Source of the DNA: Hemiscyllium ocellatum
Taxonomy: Eukaryota
Reading direction: 5' to 3'
NCBI RefSeq assembly: GCF_020745735.1
Contig: NC_083429.1
Location: 44,001,877-44,065,876, forward strand
Length of the DNA: 64,000 bases
Part shown: piece by piece, positions 1 to 13,873 of the stretch
How positions within the stretch are numbered: position 1 is the stretch's first letter
Layout of the letters: every line of letters starts with the position of its first letter
Program-made: the position numbers and the translations under genes
Notes under the pieces: model-generated
Database searches by the model: none
What the model was told of the DNA's origin: nothing
What the model saw: the letters and a program-made list of their open reading frames with translations, nothing else

Positions 1-1009
1 CCAATTTTGAATTTTATTATTCTATTGAAATGCCATGTTTGTTTCCAACAAAAACAGCACAGTGAAATATCTTAAAGTACTGTACAAAGGTGATCAAACA
101 AGTTTTGACAAATAAGTGAATCAAGGCTAGCTTAGCAAATCTTGATCAAAGAGGTAAGTTTTAAGGAGCATCTTGCAAAAGGATGCAGAGTGATGAAGAG
201 GTTTGGAAAGCGAGTCACAGATTTTGGCGCTTTGTATCTGGACGTACAGACACTAATCATGAAGCAATTAAAATCAATAATGCACAAAAGCATTGACATT
301 TTGTATGGGTTTAAAGCTGAACATTATACACATATAAGGGCAAAGCCATGGGGGTATTTAAAAGCAAGGATGAGAATTTAAAAATTGGGTTGTTGTTTAA
401 CTGAGAGCCAATGTCAGCCAATAAGTACAGGGATGATGGGAGCAGAACTTGGTGCAAGTAGGGAGCAATAATACATTTCCAGTAGCAACCTATATGAACA
501 AACTGACCATCCTGACCGTATTAATTATTTTCTGCTTTCTTTAAGTCTCCAAGCACCATATATTATTCCCCTGCTTTAAATTGGCAATGCAGCCCATTCT
601 GTTTTAAGTAATAATATTTTGTGACCAGCTGTTGAAAAGCATGTTCTAGAGTTCCAAAGTAACTCAGTAGTGGTTTTCCCTCATTACATATGTGTGTGTC
701 CACTAGCCGCTTCTGAGTGGGAGTTGTTTCCGCCTGTTTTCAACATCAACATTCTGCTCAGACAGAATGCCACCTCCCAGAGGCTCAAGGCTCACCTGAA
801 ATTGGGCCTCAGCAGCATAATTCCAGTAAGAAGTATGTGCCAATTGCATGAGGATGAAGTTGGGTCGGGCAGGTCCAGGGAAGATGGAAGAAGTATTCTG
901 TGAGAGGGGAGGGGACTTGGAGGAGCCAAACAGGTGCTAAAAATGGTCTTCAATATGATGTGACAGCAGAGAATGCACACTGTCTCCATATTTCAATACT
1001 TAAATGGAA

Positions 1010-1800
1010 TTTAATCCTGAGAAGAATGAGGTGATGCATTTTGGAAGGACTAGCAAGGCAAGGAACAATATGTTGCATGTAGGACAGTAGGAAGTACAGA
1101 AGGACATTGGGGGGATGTCATAGATCCTTGAAGGCAGCAGGACAGGTAGGTAAGGTGGTTAAGAAGACATATAGGCCACTTGCCTTGATTAATCAAGGCA
1201 TTGGATACAAGAGCAAGGAGGATATGATGAAGCTATATGTGATGTAAGAGCACATCTGGAGTACTGTGTGCACTTCTGATCTCTGTGCAGTAGGTAGGAT
1301 GCGATTGCACTAAAGATTGAATAGAAAAGATTTACCAGGATGCAGCTTTGACTGGAGTGATTCAGCTATGAAAAGGGACTACATAGGCTGAGATTATTTT
1401 CCTTAGAGCAGAGAAGGCTGATGGGATATCTGATTAAGGTGGACAATGTTTTGAGGGGCAGAGACAGGACAGATAAGGGGAAACCTTTCTCCTTAATAGA
1501 GAGGTCACTAACCAGGAGCCACCGTTCCAAGGTAAAGAGCAGGAGGATTAGGGGGGATTTGAGGAGCTTCCTTTTCACCCAGAGGGTGATAGGAATCGGG
1601 AACTCACTGCATAAAAGGGTGGTAGAGACATGAACACTCAAGTCATTTAAAGAACTATTTATATGAACATCTGAAATGCCATAGTGTACAACACAATGGG
1701 CCCAAGTTCTAGAAAATGGGATTTGAATGGATGGATGTTTGATTACTAGCATGGACACAATGGGCTGAATGGCCTCTTTCCATGCTGCAAAAACTCGATG
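1010..1800 (+). mobile_element. CR1-clade (HER1-like) LINE 3' fragment, decayed
   Basis: Broken ORF2 C-terminus (TRSHRSKV...FLFTQRVIGIGNSL) and tail gggctgaatggcctctttccatgctg. Confidence 0.8.
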
Positions 1801-1929
1801 ATGTTATCTACCATTTTGAAGGTAATTTTTAATTGGGCTGCAAGCAGAACTGATTTTTCTTGGTCACAACAGACTTGTATGCGTACCAACTGGTTTCAGA
1901 GAAGCCCAGTTTTGGAAGGATGCCTCAAA

Positions 1930-2928
1930 CAAATGGGTCAGTCATCTCAGCTCCAGGACATCTCTGCAGGAATCCCTCGGGGTAGTGTCCTAGGCCAAAC
2001 AATCTTCAGTTGCTTCATCAATGATCTTCCCTCTATCATATATCAAAAGTGCATATGTTCACCGATAATTACACAATGTTCAGCACCATTCGCGACTCCT
2101 CAGATACTGAAGCAGTCCGTGCTCAAGTGCAACAAGATCTGGACGATATCCAGGCTTGGGCCAACAAGTGGCAAGTGACATTCACGCCACTTAAATGCCA
2201 GACAATGACCATCACCAATAATTACTGCCTCTTGACATTCAATGGCATTGCCATCACTGAATCCCCCACTGTAAACATCCTTGGGGTTACCATTGACCAG
2301 AAACTCAGCTAGACTCACCACATAAACACAGCGGCTACAAGAGCAGGTCAGAGATTAGGGACACTGTGGCGAGTAACTCAATTCCTGACACCCCAAAGTC
2401 TATCCACCATCTACAAGGCACAAGTCAGGAGTGTGATGGAATACTTGCTTGGATGCATGCAGCTCCAACAACACTCAAGAAGCTTGAAACCATCCAGGAC
2501 AAAGCAACCCACTTGATTGGCAACACATCTACAAACATTCAATGTCTCCATCACCGGCGCGCAACAGCATCAGTGTGTACTATCTACAAGATAAATTGCA
2601 GAAATTCACCAAAGATCCTTAGACAGCACCTTCCAAACCCACAACCACTTCCATCTACATGGACAAGGGCAACAGGTACTTGGGAACACCACCACCTGCA
2701 AGTTCCCCTCCAAGCCACTCACCAACCTGACTTGGAAATATACCACCATGCCTTCACAGTTGTTGGGTCAAAATTCTGAAACTCCCTCCTTACTGGCATT
2801 GTGGGTCAACCCATAGCAAGTAAACTGCAGCAGTTCAAGAAGGTAGCTCACCACCACCTCCTCAAATAGGGATGGGCTATCAATGCTGGCCAGCCAGTGA
2901 CCCCCAAGTCCCACAAATGAATAAAAAA
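1930..2928 (+). mobile_element. Second CR1/L2-type LINE, 5'-truncated
   Basis: RT motifs GIPRGSVLGQTIFSCFINDL, MFTDNY, ILGVTIDQKL across frameshifts; ends tgaataaaaaa. Confidence 0.85.
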
Positions 2929-2998
2929 CACAAAACCTCCTCCTATATTTACTTATACAAAGGGGCTAGCACCTGGTTTTCACATGGGCCTGGATTGT

Positions 2999-3290
2999 GG
3001 GCAGCACGGTGGGACAGTGGTTAGCACTGCTGCCTCACAATGCCAGAGATCCGGGTTCAATTCCTGCCTCAGGCAACTGACTGTGTGGAGTTTGCATGTT
3101 CTCCCTGTGTCTGTGTGGGTTTCCTCCGGTTTCCTCCCACAGTCCAAAGATGTGTGGGTCAGGTGATTTGGCCATGCTAAATTGCCCATAGCATTAGGTA
3201 ATGTAGGGGCATGGGTGGGTTGCGCTTCGGTGGGTCAGTGTAGACTTGTTGGGCTGAAGGGCCTGTTTCCACACTGTAAGTAATCTAATA
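2999..3290 (+). mobile_element. HE1-type tRNA-derived SINE
   Basis: A/B boxes (cagtggttagc, gggttcaattcc), conserved core, CR1-like tail, taatc end. Confidence 0.9.
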
Positions 3291-3915
3291 TCTGCACTAC
3301 AATGTTTACCCAAATGGTGAGGCAACACAATTTTGGCTTGGACTATGACATACACACTGCCACTCTATTGGAGGCTTTTATGCTCATCCTCTACCTCGAA
3401 AAAGCATAGCGTCAACTAATTCTAGGGCCTGACTTTCAGCATCTCTTTATTTTGGGAATCCAGGTGCAGGTTTCTGGAGCATAGGAAACAATGGGTAGAA
3501 GCAGGCTGAGTGCAATCCTCTTAACTACCTGTGTAAGTCATTAAGTCAATATCATGGTTTTGATTTATTTTAGTAAGTCCCAATGAAATTGTCCTTGAAA
3601 TTAAATGCTTTAAACTGTCAGGTTTTACACTTTGAGTATTCTCACTTCACCCAGACGTTTTATATATTATTTGATGTATCGAGTTTTTGATATCTTGGCC
3701 CGGATGCATTAGTTGACAGTGGTGCTTTTGCTGCTTGTTAAAGCTGATTGGATGAAACTTTTTAATCATCAGCTAGGGTCCAAAAGTATGTCTGTAACAG
3801 CTGCAGGCGCTTTGCACATGACACAGACTTTTTTTTTCAGTATGTTGTGGTTTTTGATTTTGTGCACACTTTAAATGAGTATCTTAATTGTACTGTGAAT
3901 TTCACATGACACAAT

Positions 3916-4116
3916 TGTAGTGGTTCTGTTCGCCGAGCTGGAAGTTTTTGTTGCAAACGTTTCGTCCCCTGGCTAGGAGACATCATCAGTGCCGTGGAGC
4001 CTCCTGCGAAGCGCTTCTTTGATGTTTCTTCCGGCATTTGCAACAAAAACTTGCAGCTCGGCGAACAGAACCACCACAACAAGCACCCGAGCTACAAATC
4101 TTCGCACAAACTTTGA
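3916..4116. mobile_element. Mini Penelope-like insertion, family A, inverted arms
   Basis: Homologous to the ends of 50657-52091; 12-bp TSD acatgacacaat at 3904 and 4117. Confidence 0.9.
3953..3992 (-). ncRNA. Minimal type I hammerhead ribozyme (PLE family A)
   Basis: GCA CUGAUGA U GUCUCCU-AGCC-AGGGGAC GAAAC GUU UGC. Confidence 0.75.
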
Positions 4117-4257
4117 ACATGACACAATATTGAGGGTCCATGTGAGAAGCTGCTTCTTTGCCCTCTCTACAATGCAGCCATATTTACTGAGCATTTCCAG
4201 CATTATCTGTTGGTATTTCAGTATTTGCTTTTTTGCAAACAATGTATTATGTTAGAC

Positions 4258-4414
4258 TCTTCGAGGAGAAAGTGAGGACTGCAGATGCTGGAGATCAGAG
4301 CTGAAAATGTGTTGCTGGAATCTTCCTGAAGAAGGGCTCATGCCCAAAACATCGATTCTCCTGCTCTTTGGATGCTGCTTGACCTGCTGTGCTTTTCCAG
4401 CAACACATTCTCAG
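4258..4414. mobile_element. Mini Penelope-like insertion, family B, inverted arms, degenerate hammerhead
   Basis: Homologous to the 59606 terminus; tatgttaga repeated at 4248 and 4415. Confidence 0.85.
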
Positions 4415-5343
4415 TATGTTAGATTGGAAGACGATGATGTGGCAGTACATTGGGATTAGGTTGATAACTTCAGATCTTATCTAGCGCACTGAGTAGAATG
4501 GGGCATTGAGTGACAACTGGAAATCTTTACATGGGGGAGGAAGTGATTATCATTTATAAAATATCCCAAACTGATCTCATACATCTCTTGCTCCAGGCTA
4601 TAATAGTCAGGGACATGGGAGTATTTGCTCTCACCTAGAAACAAAATCAAAGGAGGTAGAAGTGTAAGTCAAGGAAACAAATCACCAACAGATCAGAAAA
4701 GCTGAAACTAGTCAGGTCAAAATGTAATGCTTTTTGACACTTTCCATTAGCTATCAGGGCTTCATGGTGCAGTAGGTAGCCTCTGTGCCTCAGAGCCAGA
4801 AACTCGAGTTCGAGTCCCACTCCAGCAGTTGATGGCAAAAGAAGGTGCACTCACTGCAATCTCAAACCTCCAATCATTCCAATATCCCCATGGGTAAGCA
4901 GTAACAGCCTGGTCAGCAATGTGTGACACAGTGTGACCAATCCCCAAGCGATAGTCTCTGACATCAGACTAGTCGCATGGTCCAGGAAGAAATAAGCTAC
5001 AGGAACTGCAGTGTGCACTTTGTCTACCTCATACACCTCCAGACATGGAAGAGAATCAAGAAAGATTGACTGTCAGCTCTGCTGTGTGACCTTAATTGTG
5101 GAAGAGAACTGTCCTTTAATTGAACAGGGAGAAATATTCACAATTTAAGGTTCACAGAAACACTCATACTTGTAATAAAAAATATTATGGATAAGCATTG
5201 GAATTTTTCAAAAATGCTTTATTGATGAGACTGTGCTGCAATATAACGCGATGTAGGAAAGGAAGATGTGAGTTAGGAGCGTATAACCAGATTTGACAAT
5301 GTTATGCCTTTCTCCTGTTTCACTGTGGAAAAGGAGGTTTTTT

Positions 5344-5652
5344 TTAGATTAGATTAGATTATTTACAGTGTGGAAATAGGCCCTTCAGCCCAACAAGTCC
5401 ACACCGACCTGCAACCCACCCATACCCCCACATTTACCCCTTACCTAACACTACGGGCAATTTAGCATGGCCAATTCACCTGACCCACACATCTTTGGAC
5501 TGTGGGAGGAAACCGGAGCACCCAGAGGAAACCCACGCAGACACGGGGAGAACGTGCAAACTCCACACAGTCAGTCGCCTGAGGCGGGAATTGAACCCGG
5601 GTCTCTGGCACTGTGAGGCAGCAGTGCTAACCACTGTGCGACCGTGCCGCCC
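5344..5652 (-). mobile_element. HE1-type SINE
   Basis: Reverse-complement copy of 2999-3290 with (ttaga)n tail. Confidence 0.92.
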
Positions 5653-6719
5653 ATCTAGTTGAAACAACTAGATGGAAGAAAATGTAAAATGTTGTTCTAT
5701 TACATTCAAACACGTTGAGAGCATCATCAAACTCCAGTCAGCACATTTATGCACAATTTTAAGCTATCCCACTAATTCAGGAAAAGTACAGGCATGGATG
5801 CAAAATATTGCACCACATCTGATTTTACTTTTCATTGACGTCAATGAGCATTATTGGGCAGATGTAGGATCAATATTCACCATGATCTTGTGTGCTTCCC
5901 ATCTGGTGAGCTAATTTTAAATTGTCCCCAGTGTGATAAATGTACATAAATAGATCAACTGTCAGTCACCTCATGCTATTTTTTCAGAACTGGAGCCGAA
6001 AATTTACAAACACATTCCAACCTGCAAGCTCCTTTTACAAAATACCAATTAAACTCTTGATCTCAGACTGTTTATATATAGCAGTTGAATTTTGTAACTA
6101 TAAAAAACAACTGAAGTGTAGTTTAATTATGTTAATGAGTCAGTGACTTATATGGCATTGAAACAATATACACATTAGCATTTTTTCCACCTGTATCTAT
6201 CTCATTCTTTCTCCAAAGTCTTTCAATCTTCATTCACGTAACTATCTAATTTAGTTTTAATGATAATGGTATCATGCAGCATTGCAATATAAATTGGTGC
6301 ATCATCTGATTCACTACAATTATTAACATAGAAGAGCTAATAGAGTAAAATTAAATATTCTAGTGAGAAAAATATCAGCCAAGGTTATCGCAAAACCTTG
6401 CCTTGGGGTGTATTCCTTCTAAAATAAAATGTGTTCCTTGCAAAATTAGACAGATTCCAGACTTGGTGAAAATAACTCTAAGGTATTCCAAGAGGAAGGA
6501 AATTGGGATGTAGTGATCACAATGCCCACTACACCTGGTAGTCGCTGGAACCAATTAAGTTGCCAGTCAGGCAAGTTTGATAGCAACTCTTTCTGTCAAT
6601 GAGTTAGCTATTATCTCTTGACCACTGACAGTGCCTCACTTAGATGTGTCAAAAACCCAGAAGCTAGGTAGTCATGTATTTTCATTACAGAGGGGAAAAT
6701 TACTTTACTGTACTGAATT

Positions 6720-7650
6720 AAAATCACACAGCAACAGGTTATAGTTCAACAGGTTTATTTGGAAGCACTAGCTTTCGGAGCGCCGCTCCTTCATCAGGTG
6801 GTTGTGGACTATAAGATCATAAGACACAGAATTTATAGCAAAAGTTTACAGTGTGATGTAATTGAAATGATATATTGAAAAAGACCTGGATTGTTTGTTA
6901 AGTCTAATCTTTTAGAATGACCATGTTGGTTTCAGTTCTTTCATACATAAATCCCAGAGGTTTTTGTAAAGTTATATTCTAAAGTGAACTTTAAAAATAG
7001 GTGCCATGTCAGCTCAAATAATGCATTGAAGGTGTGAGGTGCCCTGTGTGAGGCTGTCTGTGCGCCAATGTTCAGACTGATTCTATTTCTAAAAAAAGGG
7101 ATTATAGAATCTTACATGGATTCATGCAATTTTTGGACAAATTAAAATGAAATGATATAAGTACAAATACACCCCACAAAATTATATATGTGTGTGTACA
7201 TGTGGGTTATGTGTGTGTGTGTGGGGGGGGGGGGGGGGTTGGGGGGGGTGGTGTGAGTCTCTGTGAGAGAGTGTGTGTATATGTGTGTGAATATAAAGGT
7301 GAATAGGTCAGTGAGAGGATGGGTGTGAGTCTGGGGGGTGTGAGCATGTAAAAGAGAGCTGGTGTATGAGGGTCTGCATGAGTGAATGTGTGCAGTGTGT
7401 AGTGCAGTGGGGTCACCTGTAGTGTGACATGAACCCAACGTCCCAATTGAGATCATCCCCATGGGTACCAAACTTGGATATCAGCCTATGTTCAGCCACA
7501 TTGTGTTGTTGCTTGTCCTGAAGTCCGCCTTGGAGGATGGTCACCCGAAGGTCCAAGGCTGATTGTCCCGGACTGCTGAAGTGTTCTCCGACTGGGAAGG
7601 TACACTCCTGGCTGGTGATTGTTGTGTGATGTACATTCATCTGTACATAT
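6720..7650 (-). mobile_element. Penelope-like element family C, 3' portion
   Basis: GIY-YIG C-terminus PVGEHFS...DLRVTIL...EHRLISKFGT...LNWDVGFMSHY, then a CA-rich tract and a hammerhead-bearing terminus. Confidence 0.85.
6766..6800 (-). ncRNA. Minimal type I hammerhead ribozyme (PLE family C)
   Basis: CAC CUGAUGA A GGAGC-GGC-GCUCC GAAAG CUA GUG. Confidence 0.8.
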
Positions 7651-10626
7651 TGTGTCACAAATGTTTCGACTTTGTTATCTTTAAGTTCTCCTTAGTAGAC
7701 CTGCTTTGCTGAATTTATGTAAGCTACCATTTTATCTTGCAATAAAAGCACATTTTCAGTATGTTGAGTGAAATGAAGGTTAATAACATGTTCTAAACAT
7801 TAAGATGTGAAATTGTAATTGATGCAGTTTTGTTTTTTGGTAACACCATACATTATGGAAAATAAGCAATCCAATTTATTCATATTTTGTAATTAATATT
7901 AATTTTGTAATTAATATTGTTCTTTAAATTTTTATCTTTCATTTTTTCTCTTCGATTAAATAAAGAAAATACTAAAATGCGCAATTTGAATTACTCTATA
8001 ATTTTAAAAAATGTGTTTACTCATTAAGTTCAATATTTCAATTCAAAATTTCATATAAAGTTCAATATGGTCAATCAGAACCTCATAGCATTTTCATTCA
8101 AGGTAAGCGTGGATCATGATTGCAATAACAATAGTTTATTCATGATACTGAATCAAAACATCCTGCCTTTCTATATATTTCCCTAATTCTATTTTATGCA
8201 GTACTTATGCATTTAAAAAATACAGAAGGTGAAATATTTTTTGGATTTTACATCGGAATGAGAAGGTGCAGTTTAAGAGCTGCAAATGAAGTTCAGAACT
8301 AAGAGGATAGAAACCAATTTATATTAAGAATACTGAATATTTCATGATCAGGGTCAAGAGATGGCATGTCAATAAACACTTGTTAAAAACTATTTTACAA
8401 CTTGGTTATGGAACTACAAAAGATGATATATATTCCTCAGCAATCCTACTTCCTGATGAGTCACTTCCAACTGATGAAGTTACTGTTGTTCATATATCTT
8501 GTTCTGTGGTCTAGGCAATAGCAGAAAGTAACTTTCAATCCATCAGGAGTTTAATTTGTTGATGTAATTGTGCTTGCAGCTGTTCTTAAAATAGAATGTG
8601 TCTAATTGACCTTTACCCCCATTTCACTTCATGGAGGAAACATATAATGCTTGTTAAGATACATAACCCATGTTAGTTGTGTTTTTACCTCATGTGGGAG
8701 GAATTGAAGCATTTCTCCATAACTTCTAATACATTGGCATCTTACAAAATAAGAATTATTAATGTCTGTGCACAGAAAAATATAAAAAGCTGCCCAAACA
8801 CCTCCAAGACAGAGGAAACTGAAACAAATGGATACGTATAGAAAGAGAGTTGCATAAAACTCGAATCTTTCTTTTGTGAAGTGTTACAAATGCTATAAAA
8901 AACCTGATGAATGTGCCACAGGATACAGGTTGAATTGAAGTCAATTATTTTACTGTGTTACAATATTACATGCGAGAAAGAAATTGAGAATAGTTCATTT
9001 ATCTGCGGTCCCTCACAGACAATGATGACTCTCTTCCAGTCTCAGAGTGAGTCCGTAAGTGGCTGTACAGACCAATGCAGCTACCACAGACTCTGTTACA
9101 CTTAAGGTGGAAGTGGCCACGGGAAGGGGTGAGTGGGGCATTGAAGTGGCAGTGCGCTTCATGGAGAATAGTAGCACAAATTTTCAGTCATGGTGCAATT
9201 AAGAAGGACTGAAAATGAGGTAGAACTGGCAGCACCAATTGTCTCAGTACTCACATTTCAAACATGACACTTCACTTGCAAAAACCTATATAAATTATCC
9301 TATGGGTCAACTGTGTAAACAGTTTCCTGACCTCAGTCAGGAGGAAAGGAAATATCAAAGACTGGAAATTAAAACATCGCTTGACAGGCAAAGCCACTAT
9401 CTTTCAAGAGAATTCGCTAGTCTACAATTTGAGTAGCAAAATATAGGATCCCATTTTAGCAGAGAACTTTGGTCAAATCCACAGACCACTACTGGAAATA
9501 TCAATCTCTAATTTCCCCTCAGATGCTGCTGAACGTATTGTGTATTTTATACTTTTATTTCAAATTTCTGACATTGGTTATTTTAGCTTTTAAACACTAA
9601 ATTACATCTTTAGATTGCAGAGCTGATTTTAATTTCTCACAGGGCTGGAAAACTGCTGCTAATGACTGAGGGACCATTGCAGACCACATTGGAAAATCAG
9701 GTGGGTTAAACAACAACAGGAAAATCCAGACTGCTTGTTTTGCCACCACTTTTCCAGGTTAAAAATAGCCTTTAAGTGATTTAGCTCTGAATGCCAAATT
9801 AAGATCAATTACAAATTATTGTCATAGTTTTGAAAAATGCAAGACCTGTCAAATGTAATCTTTTTTTAGCTGATGCTAAGTTACTCAAAAGAAACAGCTG
9901 AGAGCATTAGCCAAGCAATTATTTCAGTGCCTTTTTTTTAATTGCAACTAAAAAGCAATAACGGTTGTCATTACAGGTTTCAAATAAATGCATTTTGGAT
10001 ACATTAGTTGTCAAAGTGTTTGTTAATAAATTTGGTTCATAATTCAACAAGCTGTACATCAGAAATGGCAGAAAAGATTTGCCAATAGCTCAGTGGAAAG
10101 TAGTGCAGTGTTCAGTTGTAGAGAGTATGCAGGTCCCAGCCTCAATTCCTCGTAGGTGCTTATTTAACCAACAGCTGTGAAAGGAGTCCGGCTTGATGGT
10201 CCAGAAAGTTAAACTGGGGAGATGGATTCTTAGTCGGCAAGTCAGGCTGAGCCATGAAATTGTGAAGAACATTCGAAGTTAGCTGAGGACACATTATGTA
10301 TTTGTGCTCCAATATGTGTCATTTTCTTCCAGAGAACAGGAGCAAAGGGCAATAAATCAAAGGCACGTCTTAATCATGAGAGCAATCATCAGACTGAATT
10401 TGCATCTATTATTAATAATTAGGTTTCTAGCTTTATAAATACAAAAGATATCAAATTGTCAAAACAAGCCTTTTTTTTAAGGTTTGTTTGCAACTTTAAC
10501 TGATAACTCACTTGTAGCCCAGTCATTGTAATATTTTGCCCTGCTTTCTAGAAGAGATCAGGTGTATTAACAGAAGACTTGCTATCAAAATCAATTATTG
10601 GAGGTCTCCCTATCCTACTGCAAGAG

Positions 10627-11081
10627 CTACTTATCCTTCCGTTTCTCTTTTCCGGGGTCTTCCCCAGGCTCCTTTGCCATGGGTGCTGACTCCACGTTGA
10701 GTTTCACTTGATTTACTTTGGGGTGGATCTCATCTCCTTTTCTTTGCGCCTCAATGCACAGGATACCATCATGGGACAGTGATGACCGAACAAGCAGAGG
10801 GTCCACGTCCAGGGGTAGGATGTAGGTGCGGGTGAACTCCCGGGAGATAAACCCATGACTGTCCAGTTTCTGCGGGTGTCTTCCAGTCACTTCCAGAAGG
10901 TTATCCACTGTCCGGACAGAGATCTCATCCGGCAGGAACTGGCACACATCCAGAAATACCTGAAACTTATGATGCTTTGTTTCAATTGTTGAAAAGCCTC
11001 GGTCCAGTTGCTTATTGATCCTGGGTCTGATGTAATAACCATGGTATAACGTAGGAGCTAAAATATCTTCTGGTGACAAAC
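10627..11081 (-). CDS. HSPB2: HSPB2 coding exon 2 (alpha-crystallin domain and C-terminus)
   Basis: Acceptor ttttcAG; encodes LSPEDILAPTLYHGYYIRP...FLDVCQFLPDEISVRTVDNLLEV...HGFISREFTRTY, matching HSPB2; 94+455 nt gives 182 aa. Confidence 0.96.
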
Positions 11082-11902
11082 CTGAAAAATATATTGGAAG
11101 TTACTAAACTATAAGTCACACACCATACAGCCACCTTATATTTAAAATAAAATGATTTTAAAATAAATTTTACTTTAAATTCCAAAAATATGAAATGCTG
11201 TTCAATGAAGAAAAGATTTTTAAAATTGAACTGTTATTAGCTTAACTACTCTGGTGCTGTTTTAAGACTCCACACAGCCTGAATGTTATTGGATGTAATC
11301 TTGTTTCTTCCTGGGCTCTGGGAGCTATATAATTGTATACAAATAATTGGAATTGGAACCTACAGATTTTCACACACACCCCTCCCTCACCAAACATACA
11401 CACACAAATGTGTCAGAAGATGATCGATAAACCATTCAGTGCCACCTTCCAACTGTACAGATCTGATCATTGTTGGATAATCGTGGGGTCCAGGAGAACA
11501 ATGCTGGCTTTAAAGTGGGGATGGGAAGGCCAGAAGGTGAATGAGAGGAGTGTGGTTAGCAGCTCTTGAACCCATCGTTTACTGAACTCCACTTCCTGAG
11601 GATAGCAGGAGTTAAACAGGGAACAAGAACACCTGTAACTACTACAAAGGGTCAGACTGGAGTCCATACATCAGCTCTGTTTCTCTCTCCACAGATGCTG
11701 CCAAACCTGACGAGTTTCTCCAGCACTGTTTTTAAAAATTGTCACAAGTACAAGATTTCACATGTCCTTCCAAAACACACCGTCAGTATTGGGGTTGTTT
11801 ACTGTAGCCCCAGACTTTGAGAAATTCACGAAGCCGGTTCAGAGCTGGGCTGCACAGTTTTGCCACGCACAATTTCACGGTCAAAAGGCGAAATAAATTT
11901 AC

Positions 11903-11996
11903 CTTCCCCGAAGTTCTGGTCGTGGATAGTTGTTGGCGTCTCCTTCTCGTACTCTACACTCATCGGATAGGCATGTGGCAAGGTCTTGTCCTCCAT
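11903..11996 (-). CDS. HSPB2: HSPB2 coding exon 1
   Basis: MEDKTLPHAYPMSVEYEKETPTTIHDQNFGE(G), then GTAAAT donor; phase 1 joins exon 2. Confidence 0.93.
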
Positions 11997-12254
11997 TGTC
12001 AGGCTCAGCAAGCAGGGAAGCACAACGACAACACAAACTGGTCTGATCTGCCTGACCCAGCAGACTGTGGTCAGTCCGTCTCAGAAACCTCAGAGTCGTT
12101 TCTGTCAGAACATTCCTGAGGGAGGGGGTGTTGTTAAATTCGGACGGAAATAGAGCAGGGCACTGAGAAAGTATGGAGCGCTCCAAAAGCACTGGAGATC
12201 TCCTCTGGGAAACAGACAACAGTGCCACACCCTGTCTTTGCAATACAAAACTAC

Positions 12255-12610
12255 TGGAGATCTGAAGCCTAACCAGAGATTGCTGGAGAAACTCAGCAGG
12301 TCGGGCAGCATCGGGAAGAAGAGTCACAGGACTCGAAACGTGAACTCTGCTTCCTCTTCAAGATGGTGTTGTTGGCTCAGACGTGGATGGCTCACATTGT
12401 CTTCTGATGTCCCGCTCTGGGCGACCTGTAACATCAAATAAATCAAGGAACTATGTCGGAAATCTGAGTCGTAAAATAGAGAATGTTGGAGAAACTCAGC
12501 AAGTCTGGCCGTGGCTGTGGGGAGAGAAAAAGAAAACGTTTCGTGTCCAGTAACCCTTGGAACAGATTTTGCCAGAACTGCAGCGTTTCTCCAGCATTCT
12601 CAGTTTCTGT
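12255..12610. mobile_element. Two old PLE family-B-related terminal fragments in the HSPB2-CRYAB intergenic region
   Basis: tgctggagaaactcagcaggtc motifs and a partial hammerhead gaagaagagtcacaggactcgaaacgt. Confidence 0.7.
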
Positions 12611-13830
12611 AAAATAAATTTCTTTTTAAGAATGCGGAGATGAAAGGTCAAAATTTCACAGGTAACTTTGTTACCGATAGCATTTCAACTATAAAGAAAT
12701 GAAGAATAATCACTGAACTACTTTTGATCAGTAAGGATTTACAAAGAACTCTGTAATTTATTGTGATCTGTTTTCGTGGGGGGGGGGGGGAACAAAACGA
12801 AGAGAGAGAGTCCTCCTGGCTGACCGTGGCTGACACCTGGGTTGAGAAAAGCATTATATAAGGGTTACAATCATTCCAAGCCACGTGAAAACTCAACTCT
12901 ATATCACTGGCTTTCAACTTGAGGCAGACACCATCTTTGAACTAACCAGCTTCAAGCGCCAATTCTGTAGAAAACTTTCTTTAAAAACTTTAAAACTTTG
13001 CTTCCAAGTTCCCAAGGAAAATAGATATAATGAAACATTTAAAAGTTGGCAATTAAAAGCTATCCTGTGATGGATAATTCCATCGGCCAGTTCATTTGTA
13101 CTGATTACAGTACAATACACACTTTAGTACTACAACCTGTTGGTGACTCTAATCCTATTGAAGGGCAAGTAACAGGATATTATAGAAGGGTAAGTGCTGG
13201 AATAACAACACTGTAATTTTGGAAGGAGGATCTTCTGAAGTAGCTAATCTGCTCTAATTAATGTGATATTTTTCAATATAGAGAACAGACAATTATCCTA
13301 TGAGATAATTATTTCTCTTCCAGCCTTCTTTACTTTCCAAAAACTTTGAAGGGCACAAAACACAGCGAGAGAATGGAGTGGCTTAGTCCAGATTCTTCCC
13401 TGTTAAACATTCAGTCACTGCCAGAAACTACAAATACCCAGAAAGGTGACATCAGAGGCTAATCACTGGGAGTCTATTTCTGAACTACAGCCCTTCTGTT
13501 TGCCATCTTCAATGTTTGAATTCAGCATTCAGATAACCCAGCACACAGAGACACAAAAGGAACTAAAATCTTTAATCATTTATTTTTTAAAACAAAACCT
13601 GAAACAACATAATATTCCTCTCAATACAATGGCCTCCTATTGAAATGCCATGAGGTCATCTTCTCTGGCATTCCGAAGCAGTGCCAGCAGAGGAAGAGAG
13701 TGATCAGCAGAGCTTTGTCCAGCAGTACAGAGACTGGTCTACTGCTTGTGTCAGTTCTAATCCTCCCTCTCAAAACATAAATCCCGAAACAATGAAATCA
13801 CATGACAGAGTCAATCACCCTTGCAGCAGT

Positions 13831-13845
13831 TTTCCAGAATGTTCA
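13831..13845 (+). promoter_or_regulatory. Heat-shock element (nTTCnnGAAnnTTCn) of the CRYAB promoter
   Basis: tTTCcaGAAtgTTCa, three perfect alternating pentamers, 20 bp upstream of the TATA box. Confidence 0.85.
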
Positions 13846-13865
13846 ATGGATTGGGTGTCATTGTG

Positions 13866-13873
13866 TATATAAA
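13866..13873 (+). promoter_or_regulatory. CRYAB TATA box
   Basis: TATATAAA about 90 bp upstream of the CRYAB ATG. Confidence 0.8.

Noticed and set aside
760-990. Minus-strand ORF ending at a good donor (CAG/GTGAGC), candidate C11orf52 exon
   Set aside because: No recognisable similarity in any frame examined
2999-3075. tRNA-like sequence with A and B boxes
   Set aside because: Head of an HE1 SINE, not a tRNA gene; the same applies to the other SINE heads
7200-7410. GT-rich tract and long G runs
   Set aside because: Internal low-complexity region of the family C PLE 3' end
8452-8485. Two CTGATGA motifs
   Set aside because: No stem II followed by GAAA, so not a hammerhead; no convincing C/D snoRNA layout
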